Shown one piece after another: positions 1 to 39,856 of a DNA stretch of 63,793 nucleotides. Source of the stretch: Octopus bimaculoides (taxonomy: Eukaryota); contig NC_068999.1 of NCBI RefSeq assembly GCF_001194135.2, forward strand, positions 48,209,244 to 48,273,036. Reading direction: 5' to 3'. The notes under the pieces were generated by a model, which saw only the letters and a program-made list of their open reading frames with translations, ran no database searches and was not told the DNA's origin. Each line of letters opens with the position of its first letter. Position 1 is the first letter of the stretch. The position numbers and the translations under genes were made by a program.

Positions 1-64
1 TATATATACATACATATAATTACTTAATAAACTTTAAAACAATACCTTTATTCTGATTTTCCAG

Positions 65-26866
<26,802 letters not shown>

Positions 26867-26939
26867 CAATTTAATGAGCAATGGTAGCGTTTGTGCAAAT
26901 TCCAAAACTTTTATTATTCTTGTCTGAACATTTTGACAT

Positions 26940-27092
26940 CCATTATTTACATTATTAACACTTGACGGATATTTGTCCTCATCTTGTTTGTTGTTAACAC
27001 AACGTTTAACACAACGATATACCCTCCGACCATCATCAGGTGTCTTGGAGAAATTTCAAACTTGGGTTCTCATTTCTAAGGTATTTTTTGAC

Positions 27093-27137
<45 letters not shown>

Positions 27138-27241
27138 ATTCAGGTCACTGCTTGAGCATATGGCATCATGGTTAAGAGTGCGAGCTACTGACCCCAAGAT
27201 TCTGACTTTGATTCCAGGCAGTGATCTGAATAATAATAATG

Positions 27242-27286
<45 letters not shown>

Positions 27287-27424
27287 TCGAAAAATATCTT
27301 AGGAATGAGAACCCAAGTTCGAAATTTCCCCAAGACTCCCGATGAAGGCTGGAGGGTATCTCAGTCAAAACATGTTAACAACAAACAAGATGAGGGCAAA
27401 TATCCAACAAATGTAAATAATGTA
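26940..27424. repeat. Long inverted repeat (about 200-nt arms) formed by two opposed copies of one repeat, immediately 3' of receptor A stop
   Basis: 26940..27152 is the reverse complement of about 27217..27424, including (TTA)n/(AAT)n tracts, at roughly 80% identity by eye. Confidence 0.9.
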
Positions 27425-27450
27425 AATTATGTACATAATTCCTCATCTCT
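27154..27450 (+). mobile_element. SINE-like element with tRNA-like Pol III head and degenerate hammerhead-like 3' part
   Basis: Head tggcatcatggttaagagtgcg...gactttgattcc (A/B-box-like), then (AAT)n, then aagactc-ccgatga-a-ggctg..cagtc-aaaac. Confidence 0.55.
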
Positions 27451-28024
27451 TAAATATAGAACTGGATTTTCACATCCAGTTTTCCATGCTTGCATAGGCT
27501 GGAGGGAATTTGTTGATGGAGATGTTCTATGGCTGGATGCCCTTCCTATCACCAACCCTCAAAAGAAACTATATAGGAATGTAATTATATTCCTTCTATG
27601 CTTTCAATGTGCAGAAAAAAAGAGTGGAGGAGTTTCTTGACAGATTGTTTCACAATTTGTTGATCACTCTTCAGACACAAAATATCCAATATCTTTCCCC
27701 AGTTGAGGATAGCATAGGATATTAGGCTGCTGTATATTGCTGTTGGCAATTACACAATTACTATGTATGTGGAGGTCAGGGTTAATTTGCATATATATAT
27801 TGTAGGTAGCACATCATTAATTTTCAAAAGTGCTTTTTTTTTTTGACTTGTTTCAGTCATTGTACTGCAGCCATGCTGAGTACAGCCCTTGAAGAGTTTT
27901 AATCAAATTGATCACCCCCAGTACTTATTTTCTTAAATTTGTTCATCTTCTTTACCAAACTGCTAGGTTATGGTGATGTGAACAAACCAACAGTAGTTAT
28001 CAAGCAGTGGTGGAGACAGACATG

Positions 28025-28093
<69 letters not shown>

Positions 28094-29654
28094 GTGTGTC
28101 TGTGTGTGACAGGCATCCATACTGTTTGTGTCTTCCAAATTCACTCACAAGGCATTGGTTCACCCAAGGCGCTACAACCCTAACCATCCTGTCTTTTAAA
28201 GGGCTACATTATTTTTATATCTTTTTTTTTCTTTCGGTTTGTAGTGTGTGATTAGAGGGAAATTAGGCTACTATTTCTAACAACATAAGTAACTCTGTGG
28301 AGGCTCCTTCCTTTTCTTCTACATAGTATGTTGTTTTTGTTTTGCTCTACTCAGTCCTGAATGAGTTGATCTTTACTCAGTCATCAGCCACAACCATACT
28401 CACTTTTCAGGGTGGCCTACAGCTGACCACAACCACCCTAAAAATGGCATATAAAGAATTTACATTATCTAGTGTGTCTTCCCTTTGTATGATGATTGGT
28501 TGTGAGTTGAGGAAGACTTGGCTGTTATTTCTAGCAAAGTGGGCAGCTATGTAGAGGCTCCCTCGTTTGTTCATATCTTAGGTAGAATATTGTGAAGCAG
28601 GATTTCACTTTGCGCTGAAAACAATGGGTCATCAGGTTAACAGCACTGCAATGCCATTTCAGAGATGTGTGCTTTTGAGACTTTGATCCATAAGGTAGGA
28701 TTTGACCTGTTTTGAACTCTTGACAGCCACTTGAGTGATGCTCCAGTGACACTTCCATTCATATTCTTCAGCATTTTTATTACAGTTTTACAATAGCTGA
28801 GTGATAACCAAACTGCCTTACAGCATTTAATTGGATTTCTTTATGTTCTGAGCTTAAATCCCACTTCAGTTAACTTTGGCCTTCACGTTTCCAACATCAA
28901 TGAAATTAGTAGCAGTTAGGCACTGTACCAAGAGGGGTCCAATTTAAATTACTGCACGAGGGGTCCAATTTAAATTACTGCACACTTTTCCCCAAAATTT
29001 GTGGCTTCAAGTCTATGTTACAAATTGATATTATTATAACACTTAAAGTTACTTCACATTTGACCTTGCTTCTTTGTCTAAATTGTTAAAGCTGTTTGTA
29101 TAAGATGCTGTGTGATAACTACAACATGGATGATATTGTTTGCTGTCCGCTCTAATATTATGTCAGTGATTTGCATGCGACAAGAGCAATTGTTGGCAGA
29201 CTTAAGTAGTGTAAGGTAGTTGAAATTCTTCTTCGATTGCCCCCCCCCCATTACACACAATTCAGGCCTAAAGATACAATGTCTGTTGCATTTTTGTATA
29301 TACGTGTATGTGGTTTGCATAAAAACCGAAATGGCCAAAAGGATCAGATATAAACAGCTGTGAGTTCCTTAATTCTTCAGAGATTCTTTTGTCTCTGGGA
29401 CAAGACAATTTATTCTCTCTACATGCCTTCACTTCACCCATCTGAGAGAATTATATTTGAAATCTGGGAATATTCTCTCTGTTAGTCTAGTATCTTTTCC
29501 AGTGATATGTTTTGTCATAAAACAATCAGTTTTTAAGTAACCATTTTTAAATTACTATATATATATTCGTGCATAATACATACTCTTTTTATCAGGTTTT
29601 TCTTAGGCATAAATATGAGAAGTGTACTTTATATCCAAGAACTAAATATCATCC

Positions 29655-29985
29655 GTGAAGGCACATGGCTCAGTGGTTAGAGCGTCGAGCTTATGATGGT
29701 GAGGTTGTGAATTCGGACTGGGCTGCGTGTTGTGTTCTTGAGCAAGACACTTTATTTCACGTTGCTCCAGTTCACTCAGCTGTAGAAATGAGTTGCGACG
29801 TCACAGGTATCAAGCTGTATCGGCCTTTGCCTTTCCCTTGAATAACATCAGTGGCATGGAGTGGGGAGGCTGGTATGCATCGGTGACTACTGGTCTTCCA
29901 TAAACAACCTTGCCTGAACTTGTGCCTGGGAGGGTAACTTTCTAGGTGCAATCCCAGGGTCAGTCATGACCGAAGGGGGTCTCAG
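29655..29985 (+). mobile_element. tRNA-headed SINE family 4 with CORE-like segment (partial copies 5165..5460, 59326..59490)
   Basis: ggctcagtggttagagc head; ttgagcaagacactttatttcacgttgctcc central segment. Confidence 0.6.
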
Positions 29986-30983
29986 AAGCATATCTCAGCA
30001 AATATCATCGATTTTTTCTTCTGTCAAGTGCATTGCTGTATTCAACATAGCATGACGGGAATTAAATGGATTACACATATTGTTCAAGCTAATTGATGCA
30101 TAACAAAATGTCAAGCTCACTATAATAATGTTATATTTTCCACTATAGACCTTAATAGTTGTAAAGACACTATATGAGTGGATAGGCTAAAAAAGAGCTT
30201 CATAGAGAAAACTGTCCTTGTTCCCACTGCAGACAAAACACACACACAGCGTTACAAACATAGCCTGCACACCCAACTTCACATTCCATGACTACCATTG
30301 GGATTGATCAGGTACCGGACAAGGATTCTGGATTATTTTTCCGTTTTTTTTTTTTTACTTAATTTTTGAGAGCGGTCAGGTTCATTTTTAGTATTCTCAT
30401 TTGTGAGAGCAGTCAAGTTTATTTCAGATATTCTCATTTTAAAAATCATCTCTGGCTAATCCTTGAGATGACGTTGGGTGGAGGTCTGCGCTCTCTGAGT
30501 GCTCGTTATCATCATAATCATCATCATCATCATCATCATTATTATTAGTTTCTCTTCTCTTTTCAATTTTGTTTTTATTTCTTGCCGAGTGTCTTCCTGA
30601 CTCCTAGGACAAAGAAACTCACTGTATATATTGACAGGCCATTTAACTAAACTCATCAGTGTTCATTTTCAAAAGGAAATGAAGTTATATGTAAAAACAA
30701 AAATTTAACACGAGTGCTAATCGTTCTTGCATCAACAATGCTCTTCTCAATACATGTGATGTACCAGTTAAAACAATCTTTTGCACTCCTTGCAGGGATG
30801 GTAAACCAAGGATCATTCTCAAATAATTTCAGTTCCTTTTTTAATCATTCTAAGTGTTCCTACAATCACCTGTATTCTAACCACCCTGAGATGTACATTT
30901 TTCCAATTTCAGTTAGCAAATCTTTATATTTTCTAAGCTTATCAAATTCTTTCGCCGAGATATTATGACCACAAGGAATACTC

Positions 30984-31335
30984 ATCATCATCATCATCAT
31001 CATCGTTTAACGTCCGCTTTCCATGCTAGCATGGGTTGGACGATTTGACTGAGGACCGGTGAAACCAGATGGCTGCACCAGGCTCCAATCTGATTTGTCA
31101 GAGTTTCTACAGCTGGATGCCCTTCCTAACGCCAACCACTCCGAGAGTGTAGTGGGTGCTTTTATGTTCCACCGGCACGAAGGCCAGTCAGGTGGTACTG
31201 GCAATGGCCACGCTCAAAATGGTGTATTTTATGTGCCACCTGCACAAGAGCCAGTCCAGGGGCACTGGCAACGATCTCGCTCGAAAGTCCTTACACATGC
31301 CACAGGCACAAGTGCCAGAAAGGCGACGCTGGGCA
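30984..31335 (-). mobile_element. RTE-tail repeat with (GAT)n end (copies 12238..12420, 39206..39380, 43140..43240, 59881..60225)
   Basis: (cat)n-cgtttaacgtccgctttccatgctagcatggg..ggatgcccttcctaacgccaacc in many copies. Confidence 0.75.
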
Positions 31336-33193
31336 CAATAACCAAACTTGATCTGGTTTATTACCTTTGATAGTTTGGTTTGTATGTACTAGAATGTCCT
31401 AAAAAATCATTACATTTTCTTCCTCAGTTACTGCCCCAGGGTGACGATTATACCATTTATCAACAGTTTTGATTTTATAATGCTAACATATTAACCAAGA
31501 TATTAACCAACTCTGTCATGTCTTGATTTATACTCTACTGGTGCTAAGACTTTACATTTAGAGATTAGGTGGTGTACTGTTTCAATCACATCATTGCAGG
31601 ATCACCATTTTCAGATTGACTCCATTTTTCATTACATTGGCTTGGTAATTCAGGGTCAATAACCTTTGATCTTGGGCAACTAAGATAAAGCCTTTGCTCT
31701 CTCCTTTTAGCTCTAGTCTACATCAACTGTGGGCCACATATTTGCCCTGCAGAGGTTTCTGCTCCCATCTATCAGCCAAATGCTTGTGTGCTTTTTTTCT
31801 GTGCCATTAATTTCGTCTTCTCTGCAATAACATTGCCACACTTCATTCAGGTTGTTCAGCCTGTGTATTATGCATGAAATGGACTTTAACGTTTTGCTCC
31901 CCTTTATGACAGAATGAAATTTGTTACACCTCTCATGATTTTCAACAAGTTTAACATCCAATTGTGGTGCCGTTCTGAGTTCGAATTCCATCAAGGTCAA
32001 CTTGTCTTCCATCCTTTCAAGATGGAGAAAATAAAATACCAGTCAAGTGCTGAGATTAAGGTAATCAACTTACCCTCTACCCTCAAAATTACTGGTCCTA
32101 CTCTAAATATGCCCCTATAAATCGGATAGCAGGAAAGAAGGCTCATACCTTAGATCTGTGGAGTTCCTTGATTGACCCTAGTTGGAGTTTCTCTTGTATC
32201 AGGAGAACTCCATCATTCATGTTGTCACATACTTTATACAGAGTGTATACTTTTATTGCATTTTACTGTCTTTTCCATTTCTTTTTCCCCATCCTTTATG
32301 TAAATTCTACACAAACTGTTGTCTATCCTTGTGATGCCCCCTCATATGTGCCCCTGTGGCTAATAAAAGAAATTATTACTAGCACACCGGAGAAAACGCT
32401 TACAGCATTTCGTCCATCTTTATGTTCTGAGTTTAAATTCTGCTAAGGTCGGCTTTACCTTTCAACCTTTTGAAGTTGATAAAATAAGTTCCAGTTGAGC
32501 CCTGGGGTTGATGTAATCAATTATCACCTTCCCCCAAAATTTCAGGTCACATGCCTATAGTAGAAAGGATTATTAAATTATAGTTTAATTTTCCTTTTCT
32601 TTGCTGACGGTGGATGAAGACTTGGAATTGTTAAGGCAGTCAAAAATGGCCAGTCAGATAACAAGATATAAAATTGGTTAGGATGAGATTTATAGATAAT
32701 GGGATCTATGGTCATTGTCATTATTTTTTTCAGTTATGAACTGAAGCAAGTCAGCCTTATACATGTTTGATCTCCTCTATTTACATCTCAGAACCGATTT
32801 ATATATATATGGAAGTGGATTTAAGGTGAAAAGAAGTGCTGATCTCTTGTAGCAAGAGTGCTGCTACCAGATGTGTTTGCTAAAGATAAAATTTGTGTTG
32901 TTGTTTAGTTTTATGTCAGCCCCAAATAAGCAGATCTGTAATCAAAAGTATTCCAATTATAATGCCATCATTTTACATCTCTAGAACTACATTATGCAAT
33001 ATATCATTCCATTTTTTTAAAAGACATTTCGCTGTGATTTGAAAATGATTTGGGTGCTATTTCCAGCAGGTTGGTTAACCACCTACAGACTTCTTTATTG
33101 GATGAAAGGAAGTTTGTTAAAAGTTGATAAAGATATTCTTGAGAACCACTTTTTTTTCTTTGTCATTAGTTAAGTCTGGCGGAAAGGGCAGAG

Positions 33194-33241
33194 TTAGGGT
33201 TAGGGTTAGGGTTAGGGTTAGGGTTAGGGTTAGGGTTAGGG
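33194..33241 (+). repeat. Interstitial telomeric repeat (TTAGGG)8
   Basis: Eight perfect TTAGGG units. Confidence 0.95.
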
Positions 33242-34173
33242 TAAGATTGACGACATCAATATTCTACTTTGAGGTGGCAAGCTGTCAGAATCGGTTGTGC
33301 ATTGAACAAAACGCTTAGCGACATTTCTCTTGGCTCTTCATATTCTGAGTTCAAATGCCACCATGGTCAACTTTGTCGTTCATCCTTTTCAGGGTTAATA
33401 AAATAAGTTCCAGTTGAGCACTGGAGGGGGGGGAGGGTCAATGTAACTGACGTACCCCCTCCCCTAAAATGTCTGACCATTATTTTTCAACTTGAACTGT
33501 TGCAAGTCAACAACTGCAGGAAAGACCTGTCATGGGTAAAAATTCAAGGAGACTAATTTGAATGAAATGAATAAGCAGTAGCTTTTCTCTGGGTACTGTC
33601 TAGAATGTGATGGGGTGGGGTGTATGTAACAGCAGCATGTTCTACATGTGTGATCACTTCTCTACCGTGGGTCCCGTCAGAGCTTTCAAACATTATTTTG
33701 CATTTTAATGATCTTGTAGTGATGTCAGGTAGCAAGAACTTCCACTCTAACTAAATCTGTTCAACAAAGATTCTGGTTTTATCTTCGCCTTTACTTAGAT
33801 GTCTTTCATATTGTATTCTCCCTAGTAAATATATATATTTTAAAAACTTAATTTACACATTATGCCTTTGAACCTTCAAACAGCTATTTTCCAATCCTGA
33901 ATGTCAACTTTGCTTTAAATGCCAATGCCGCAGTATTTTTCTCTTTATATTGAGTTGTTTCCCTTGGATTAAGCTTAGACGAACGTTGTGTCGTAAGACC
34001 ATTGTAAATTTCAACAGACACTTCTTGTCATCCTCGACATCTTAAGTGTCTTGAACCAATAATTGACCAGGTGGAAAAGTATAACTGTCGATGCAACCAA
34101 CAAATCTGAAGCTCTGGGTTTCTGTAAGTCTATCAGACATAAATATTGCATTTTTTACTTGTATTATATATAG

Positions 34174-34749
34174 CAGTGGTTCCCAAACTATGAGTCGCGA
34201 CCCACTGATGGGTCGCGAACGAAATCTTAGTGGGTCGCAAAAAGTTATAAAATTACGCATTAGCTTTGATTAACTGCTGTCTATCGAGATATTTCAAGGC
34301 TCATGCTTTCAATACCTGACTGGTTGTTTTATCAAGCAGTAGGCTTTTTCCACGAACTTAACAAATCAGAGGTGGTCATTTTAATTAGGCGCAGTACAAC
34401 ACTGATGGAGCCGATAATAGTTACTACTTCGAGGTTTTGTATTAGAGTTAATACCTACCCATAGGGTATGGAGACGTTGAAACAGTTATAAAACGTTTTG
34501 TTTCACATTTAATATAAATAGTAAAACATTTAAATAAATAAGACAGTATGGATTTCACTAATAAGTTTATAAATTATTCAAAAAAGTTTAGGAGTGATTA
34601 CCAGGTGGCTATTAATTAGCTGATGCAATAGTTGGAATAGACAGCAGTTAGACGGTAGATGGGTCAATAGAGTCTATCTGATAAACGGTAGAGTTAAATG
34701 GGTCGCCATAAATAGTGGGTCGCGTCTCTAAAAAGTTTGGGAACCACTG
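34174..34749. mobile_element. hAT-family MITE, 576 bp, young
   Basis: Perfect 15-bp TIR cagtggttcccaaac, perfect 8-bp TSD atatatag, subterminal gggtcgc repeats. Confidence 0.92.
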
Positions 34750-36403
34750 ATATATAGTATTAAATTTTTAAGCAAAGTAAATTTCCAGATGGTTCGCAGA
34801 CTTTTTGTACCCTTTTCGCTAATCATAGCTGTGGTCTTTGTCGTGTGGAATTTTAGACCATGGATTATAGACCCTTCTTATGTATTTGCATTTTGTTTTT
34901 ATAACTGAAGGATATTAAAATTTTCTCATGACGTCTACTCTGTCCTAACTTAATTGTTGATCATTATTTTCTTTTATTCTTGCTTCATTTACTCCAAGAT
35001 GAAGGCCACTTACAACATGAGCTGGATTTAAAGTCACTACATTTGATGAGTTATTATGTGTGATGTTTTGCAAAAAAAAAATCGTATTTTATAAACAGTA
35101 TATTACAGTACATTAATATATTGTTAAGACACCGGTGCCATCCAATACAAATTAAATTGAACCTCTATAAAACCATTGACAATGACAAGTGTTTGCTCTA
35201 AAAGTCAAATGATTTTGAAATCAAAACTCTTATATGTACTTAAAAATTTTAAATCTCATTAATGAAAAAAAAATTATATTTTTCTATTTTTGTTTTTTCA
35301 AATAACATTTAATATATATAATTTTCTTAATGATTGGTTGTAGTTCATTAATTTGTCATTTGTGTTATATTATTACTATCATTATTATTTTATTTTGTTT
35401 TTTTCTCTGTTGCTATGTTCTGAGTTAAAATTCCACCAAGGTCGACTTTGCCTTTCATCCTTTCAGGGTCGATAAATTAAGTACCAGTTACACACTGGAG
35501 TCAATGAAATTGACTAGCCCCTTCCCCTGAAATTTCAGGCCTTGTGCCTATAACAGAAAGGATTATTATTATTAATATTATAAGGCGGTGAGCTGGCAGA
35601 ATTGTTAGCATGTTGGACAAAATATTTATTGGTATTTCATCCGCCTTTATGTTCCGAGTTCAAATTATGGTTTATTTTGCCTTTCATCCATTCGGGGTGA
35701 ATGAATTAGTACCGGTGAAGCACTGGAGTTGATGTGACTGACTTACCCCTGACCACAAGTTTCAGGCTTTGAGCCTATAGTAGAAAAGGATGATGATTAT
35801 TATTATTATTATTATTATTATTGTTGTTGTTGTTATCATATTTGGTGCAATATTTAGAATAAATTACTTTTATAATGATTGGTTGGAGTTTAAATATGCT
35901 GTGCATGAGAAGACCAAATATGCTGTGCGTGAGAAGACCCAGCAAGACAAGTGAGACCATAACCCGTGGCCTTTACCAGGGGTGTAGCCAGCCCACTTAT
36001 GCGTACCTTTCCTTCTTTGGACACAAAACCCTGCTTGCGAAGACCTGTTGAGGCAAGTGAAATCGAAAATTGAATCAAATTCGTTGACTGGCACCCATGC
36101 CAACCTTCCTTCATTGGACACTAAACTCAGCTTGTGAAGACCTGTTGGGGCAAGTGAGATCGAAACTGAACCAAATTCGATGACTGGCACCCGTGCCAGT
36201 GGAGCGCTAACAGCACCATCCGAGCGGGATCACTGCCAGAGCAGTGGTCTTGTTTCCAGCTTCGCCTTACTGGGACTCGTGCCAGTGGCATGTGAACAAA
36301 TCATTGGACTGACTCCTGTGCAGGTGGCATGTAAAAAACACCATTTGAGTGTGGCTGTTGCCAGTACCGCCAGACTGGCCCTCGTGCCAGTGGCAACCAA
36401 CAG

Positions 36404-36903
36404 AACTGAACTGAGAAAAACATCGCAGATGTGCATGCAGCTATGAGAGAAAATCATCGAATCACCATCCGGGAGTTATCAGAGGATGTGCAGATAAGTT
36501 ACGATTCAGTTCAGTCTATTATCACTGAAGATTTGAGTATGAGATGCGTGTGTACCAAGTTTGTGCTAAAACTGCTTTCAGCTGACAATGCAGCAGTTTT
36601 TGGCTAGGCACAGCATTCCCCAGGTCCAACAGCCACTGTATTCCCCAGATCTCATCCCTTGCAATTTTTTCCTCTTTCCAAAAATCAAATCCTGCTTGAA
36701 AAGAGGATTTCAGGACGTTGAGAAATCAAAGTAAATGCAACAACATCACTGTTGATAATCCCAGAAAACAAGTTCCAGGAATGCTTCCATCAATGGAAAC
36801 AGTACTGGATTAAGCATATGGCTTCCAAAGGAGATTAAATGCCAAATTGGTACATGTTGTAGTTTGGTCTTTATAGTACCAGATACTTATTGATCAGACC
36901 TCG
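36404..36903 (+). mobile_element. mariner-like transposon 3' fragment (internally deleted)
   Basis: HRITIRELSEDVQISY..KFVLKLLS and YSPDLIPCNFFLFPKIK motifs; TIR gatacttattgatcagacctcg plus TA. Confidence 0.8.
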
Positions 36904-38021
36904 TATACTTACATTGTATGCATGTATGTAATGGGCTTCTTTCAGATTTCATCTATCAAATTCACTCACAAGGCTTTGATCAGCCTGGGACTACAGTAGC
37001 AGACACTTGGCCAATGTGTCATAATATAGTGGGACTGAACCCAACTTAGCTATGTGTCTTTTAAATTTAAAAAAAAATCTGTTCATTTAACAAAAAATAT
37101 TTTATTCACAAAATTTAGTACAAAAATAAATAAAATTTCATCATTCAAGCATCTACATAAATAATTTCACCCTTTTTGAAACCAACCTGCTTGAGGATGC
37201 CCTTGGTTTTGTGATACAAAGTTGCCTTAATGTGATTTACATTAAAATCTTCAATTTGGAATTTTATGTTAATTTATGTTCCAAATATCAGGTTTATAAT
37301 GACAGAGGGGTTTTACACAACTCTTACTTGCTTTCCTAATTAATTGGAATGAAGTCTGTGTATGCAAGGTTGGCTCAGTAACAATTTGTATAGAAGAACA
37401 ATCAGTTGTCTTTGGTATATAACTAGTGCTTGTGGTATTGCTCCTCTCTCCNNNNNNNNNNGGTATATAACTAGTGCTTGTGGTATTGCTCCTCTCTCCT
37501 AGAATTTAAACTGTAGAGGTGAAGTCACCTCTAATGGGATTTGAAACTGGAATCCTGGGTGTATGAGCAAGAGAGAGATGGAGGTGGGGGCTCAGTGATA
37601 AATCCCATTCAGTATTTACTTTTATTATCAGCTGTCTTAGCTTTCTCCTAAGTTTACAATGTATTCTTACTTAAACACAGGATTACAAATTCATAGAGAC
37701 GGGGAATGATAGTCCAAAGGCAGGAAGAGCCAAAAGGAAAGAAGTGAATTGGTTTGAACTACAAATCACAGAATTAAATTGAAGCTTGAAAGGAGTTTAC
37801 AGTTTGCTAGTTAAGTGAGGATGATTTAGTTTGACTTTATACGAATCAACAACATTATAAAAGAGAGTTATAGATAATTGAATCAACTACTGAATGAAAT
37901 AAGTACACTGAGCCAATTAAGAAGCCACTGAGTGGTTGTTCAAACTGCTAGATATAGCAGCCAGATCTCCCTCAATTTACACTTTATCATCTCAAAAAGA
38001 GAAAGAGAGGATACATTAGAC

Positions 38022-38510
38022 TAGAGGTTCTCAACCAGGGTTCATATGACCCTTGGGGATCCATATAAGATACTGTTGTTAAAATTTATGTGCAATAAAT
38101 TGGTGATATTTCTACAATATGTAAAATACAGTAATCCTTTGCCATGTCGCGGTTCACCTATCACAGTTTATTATTTAAGCTTACGTTGATTCCTCTGTGG
38201 TGTTGTTTTGCATTCATAATGAAATAAATATATACAAATTATAAAAATAATTAAAAAAATATACAGTACAGTACTGTTTTTACTTTACAGATTTTCACCT
38301 ATCACGGGGGAGGGGGGGACATAACACCCACAATAGTTGAGGGATTACTGTATTTCAGCAATTTTTTAATACAATTTCTAATATTTTATTATAAAACTAT
38401 AATAGGATTCTTTTTTTTAACATGAAAGGCTGTCAGGGTCCATCCAAGTGAAATAGGAATCAAAGTGGTGTACAGACAAAAGACAAAAAAAAAATGGTTG
38501 AAAACCACTG
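38022..38510. mobile_element. hAT MITE with nested insertion
   Basis: TIRs tagaggttctcaacc / ggttgaaaaccactg; TSD cattagac/aattagac. Confidence 0.75.
38129..38350. mobile_element. pogo/Tigger-like MITE nested in the hAT MITE
   Basis: TIR cagtaatcc / ggattactg with TA on both sides. Confidence 0.7.
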
Positions 38511-39203
38511 AATTAGACAAATGTGGTCTGATGCATAGTTCAATTTTAAAAAATGACCATAGATTCACTTGATCAAGGCTGACTTGGGAGTTAATCAATG
38601 CCAATAATTAATCCTTATTTTGATGATCCTAACTGTATGAAAGGTAGCTTCTACTTGGAATGAAGATAGAGAAAATATACCCGAGGAATTTATATAACTA
38701 GGCAGGGATTTTACATCTTCAGGTGATCTTAGAATAAAAGATAACAATAAATTCTATCCAAAGTCTTTCTAATTATTGATTTCAGACTGTGCTGAAAGGG
38801 ATTAAAAAAATTAATATCAATGCCTGACCAGCAGCAGCATCAAATTTTTCACTTTTGTTGTTGGATATGACTTTTTTTTCTTTTCTTTTTAGTCAAAATT
38901 TCTTTTTGTTTCATTTGAAAATGGTTTAAGATAAAGGAAATTAGCTAAATCTGTTTAGAATAGAATCGTTTCATAAAGACACAGGTATGTCAGTCGGTAG
39001 GTCTGCTAGATTAGGACATTTGGGTAGAGGACATAATTTGGAGGTAGAGTCATTCCTTTGTTTGTTTCTGTCACCAGGGTGTTGTTGCATAGACAAGAAT
39101 GAAAGCCTTTGGAGAAGCAGTGAATAAACAACAGTAGCAACTTTAACATAACATATTGTCACTGCTTTTTAAGCATATTTTAAGTATATATATATATATA
39201 TAT

Positions 39204-39239
<36 letters not shown>

Positions 39240-39484
39240 GTTTAACGTCCGCTTTCCATGCTAGCATGGGTTGGACAATTTGACTGAGGACTGGTGCAAC
39301 TGGATGGCTACACCAGGCTCCAATCTAATTTGGCAGAGTTTCTACAGCTGGATGCCCTTCCTAACGCCAACCACTCAGAGATACTTTACAGTGTTGACCC
39401 CCAACTCTTGAAGGTCTGGCAGTCACTGTGAGGGGCCAAATTCTTGCAAAATAGGGCGATTAAAAAAAAAAAAAAATGCTGACT

Positions 39485-39490
39485 TTTATT
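39485..39490 (-). terminator. Candidate polyadenylation signal of receptor B
   Basis: AATAAA on the - strand about 370 nt after the stop, followed by a U-rich tract. Confidence 0.35.
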
Positions 39491-39856
39491 AGCAACTTTT
39501 AAAATAAATTGCTGAGAAGAGCAGATGCAAATTTTTGGTATTGAAATATTGTTTCAAAAAGGTGACTCAAGAAGCTTTTGTTTAAAGAGACAAAAAAAAA
39601 AACGTTTAAATATTTAAACAGCTTAGAAGTTTTCTTCATTCACATGTGCATTTTTGTGTTTAGTTTCATTTGTTTTTGTGTTTTTTGCTCTTCTGTTAAT
39701 CATCAAACATGGTCAGCAAATATAAGTGGAATGATTTTTTTGTGTAAATTGCAATATTGAAGCAAGTAGTTTTTACACTCAAATACCTTCCATATTGAAA
39801 ACTATTTATCTGTAAAAAAATGCTGAAGATATTCAAATCTAATTTCTTTTTTAGTA

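Noticed and set aside
28932-28983. 26-nt tandem duplication (also a 24-nt one at about 35893-35940)
   Set aside because: Simple local slippage without other structure
26867-39856. Antisense overlap between the two convergent transcripts
   Set aside because: 13-kb separation and a candidate AATAAA close to the B stop; no sequence evidence for overlap
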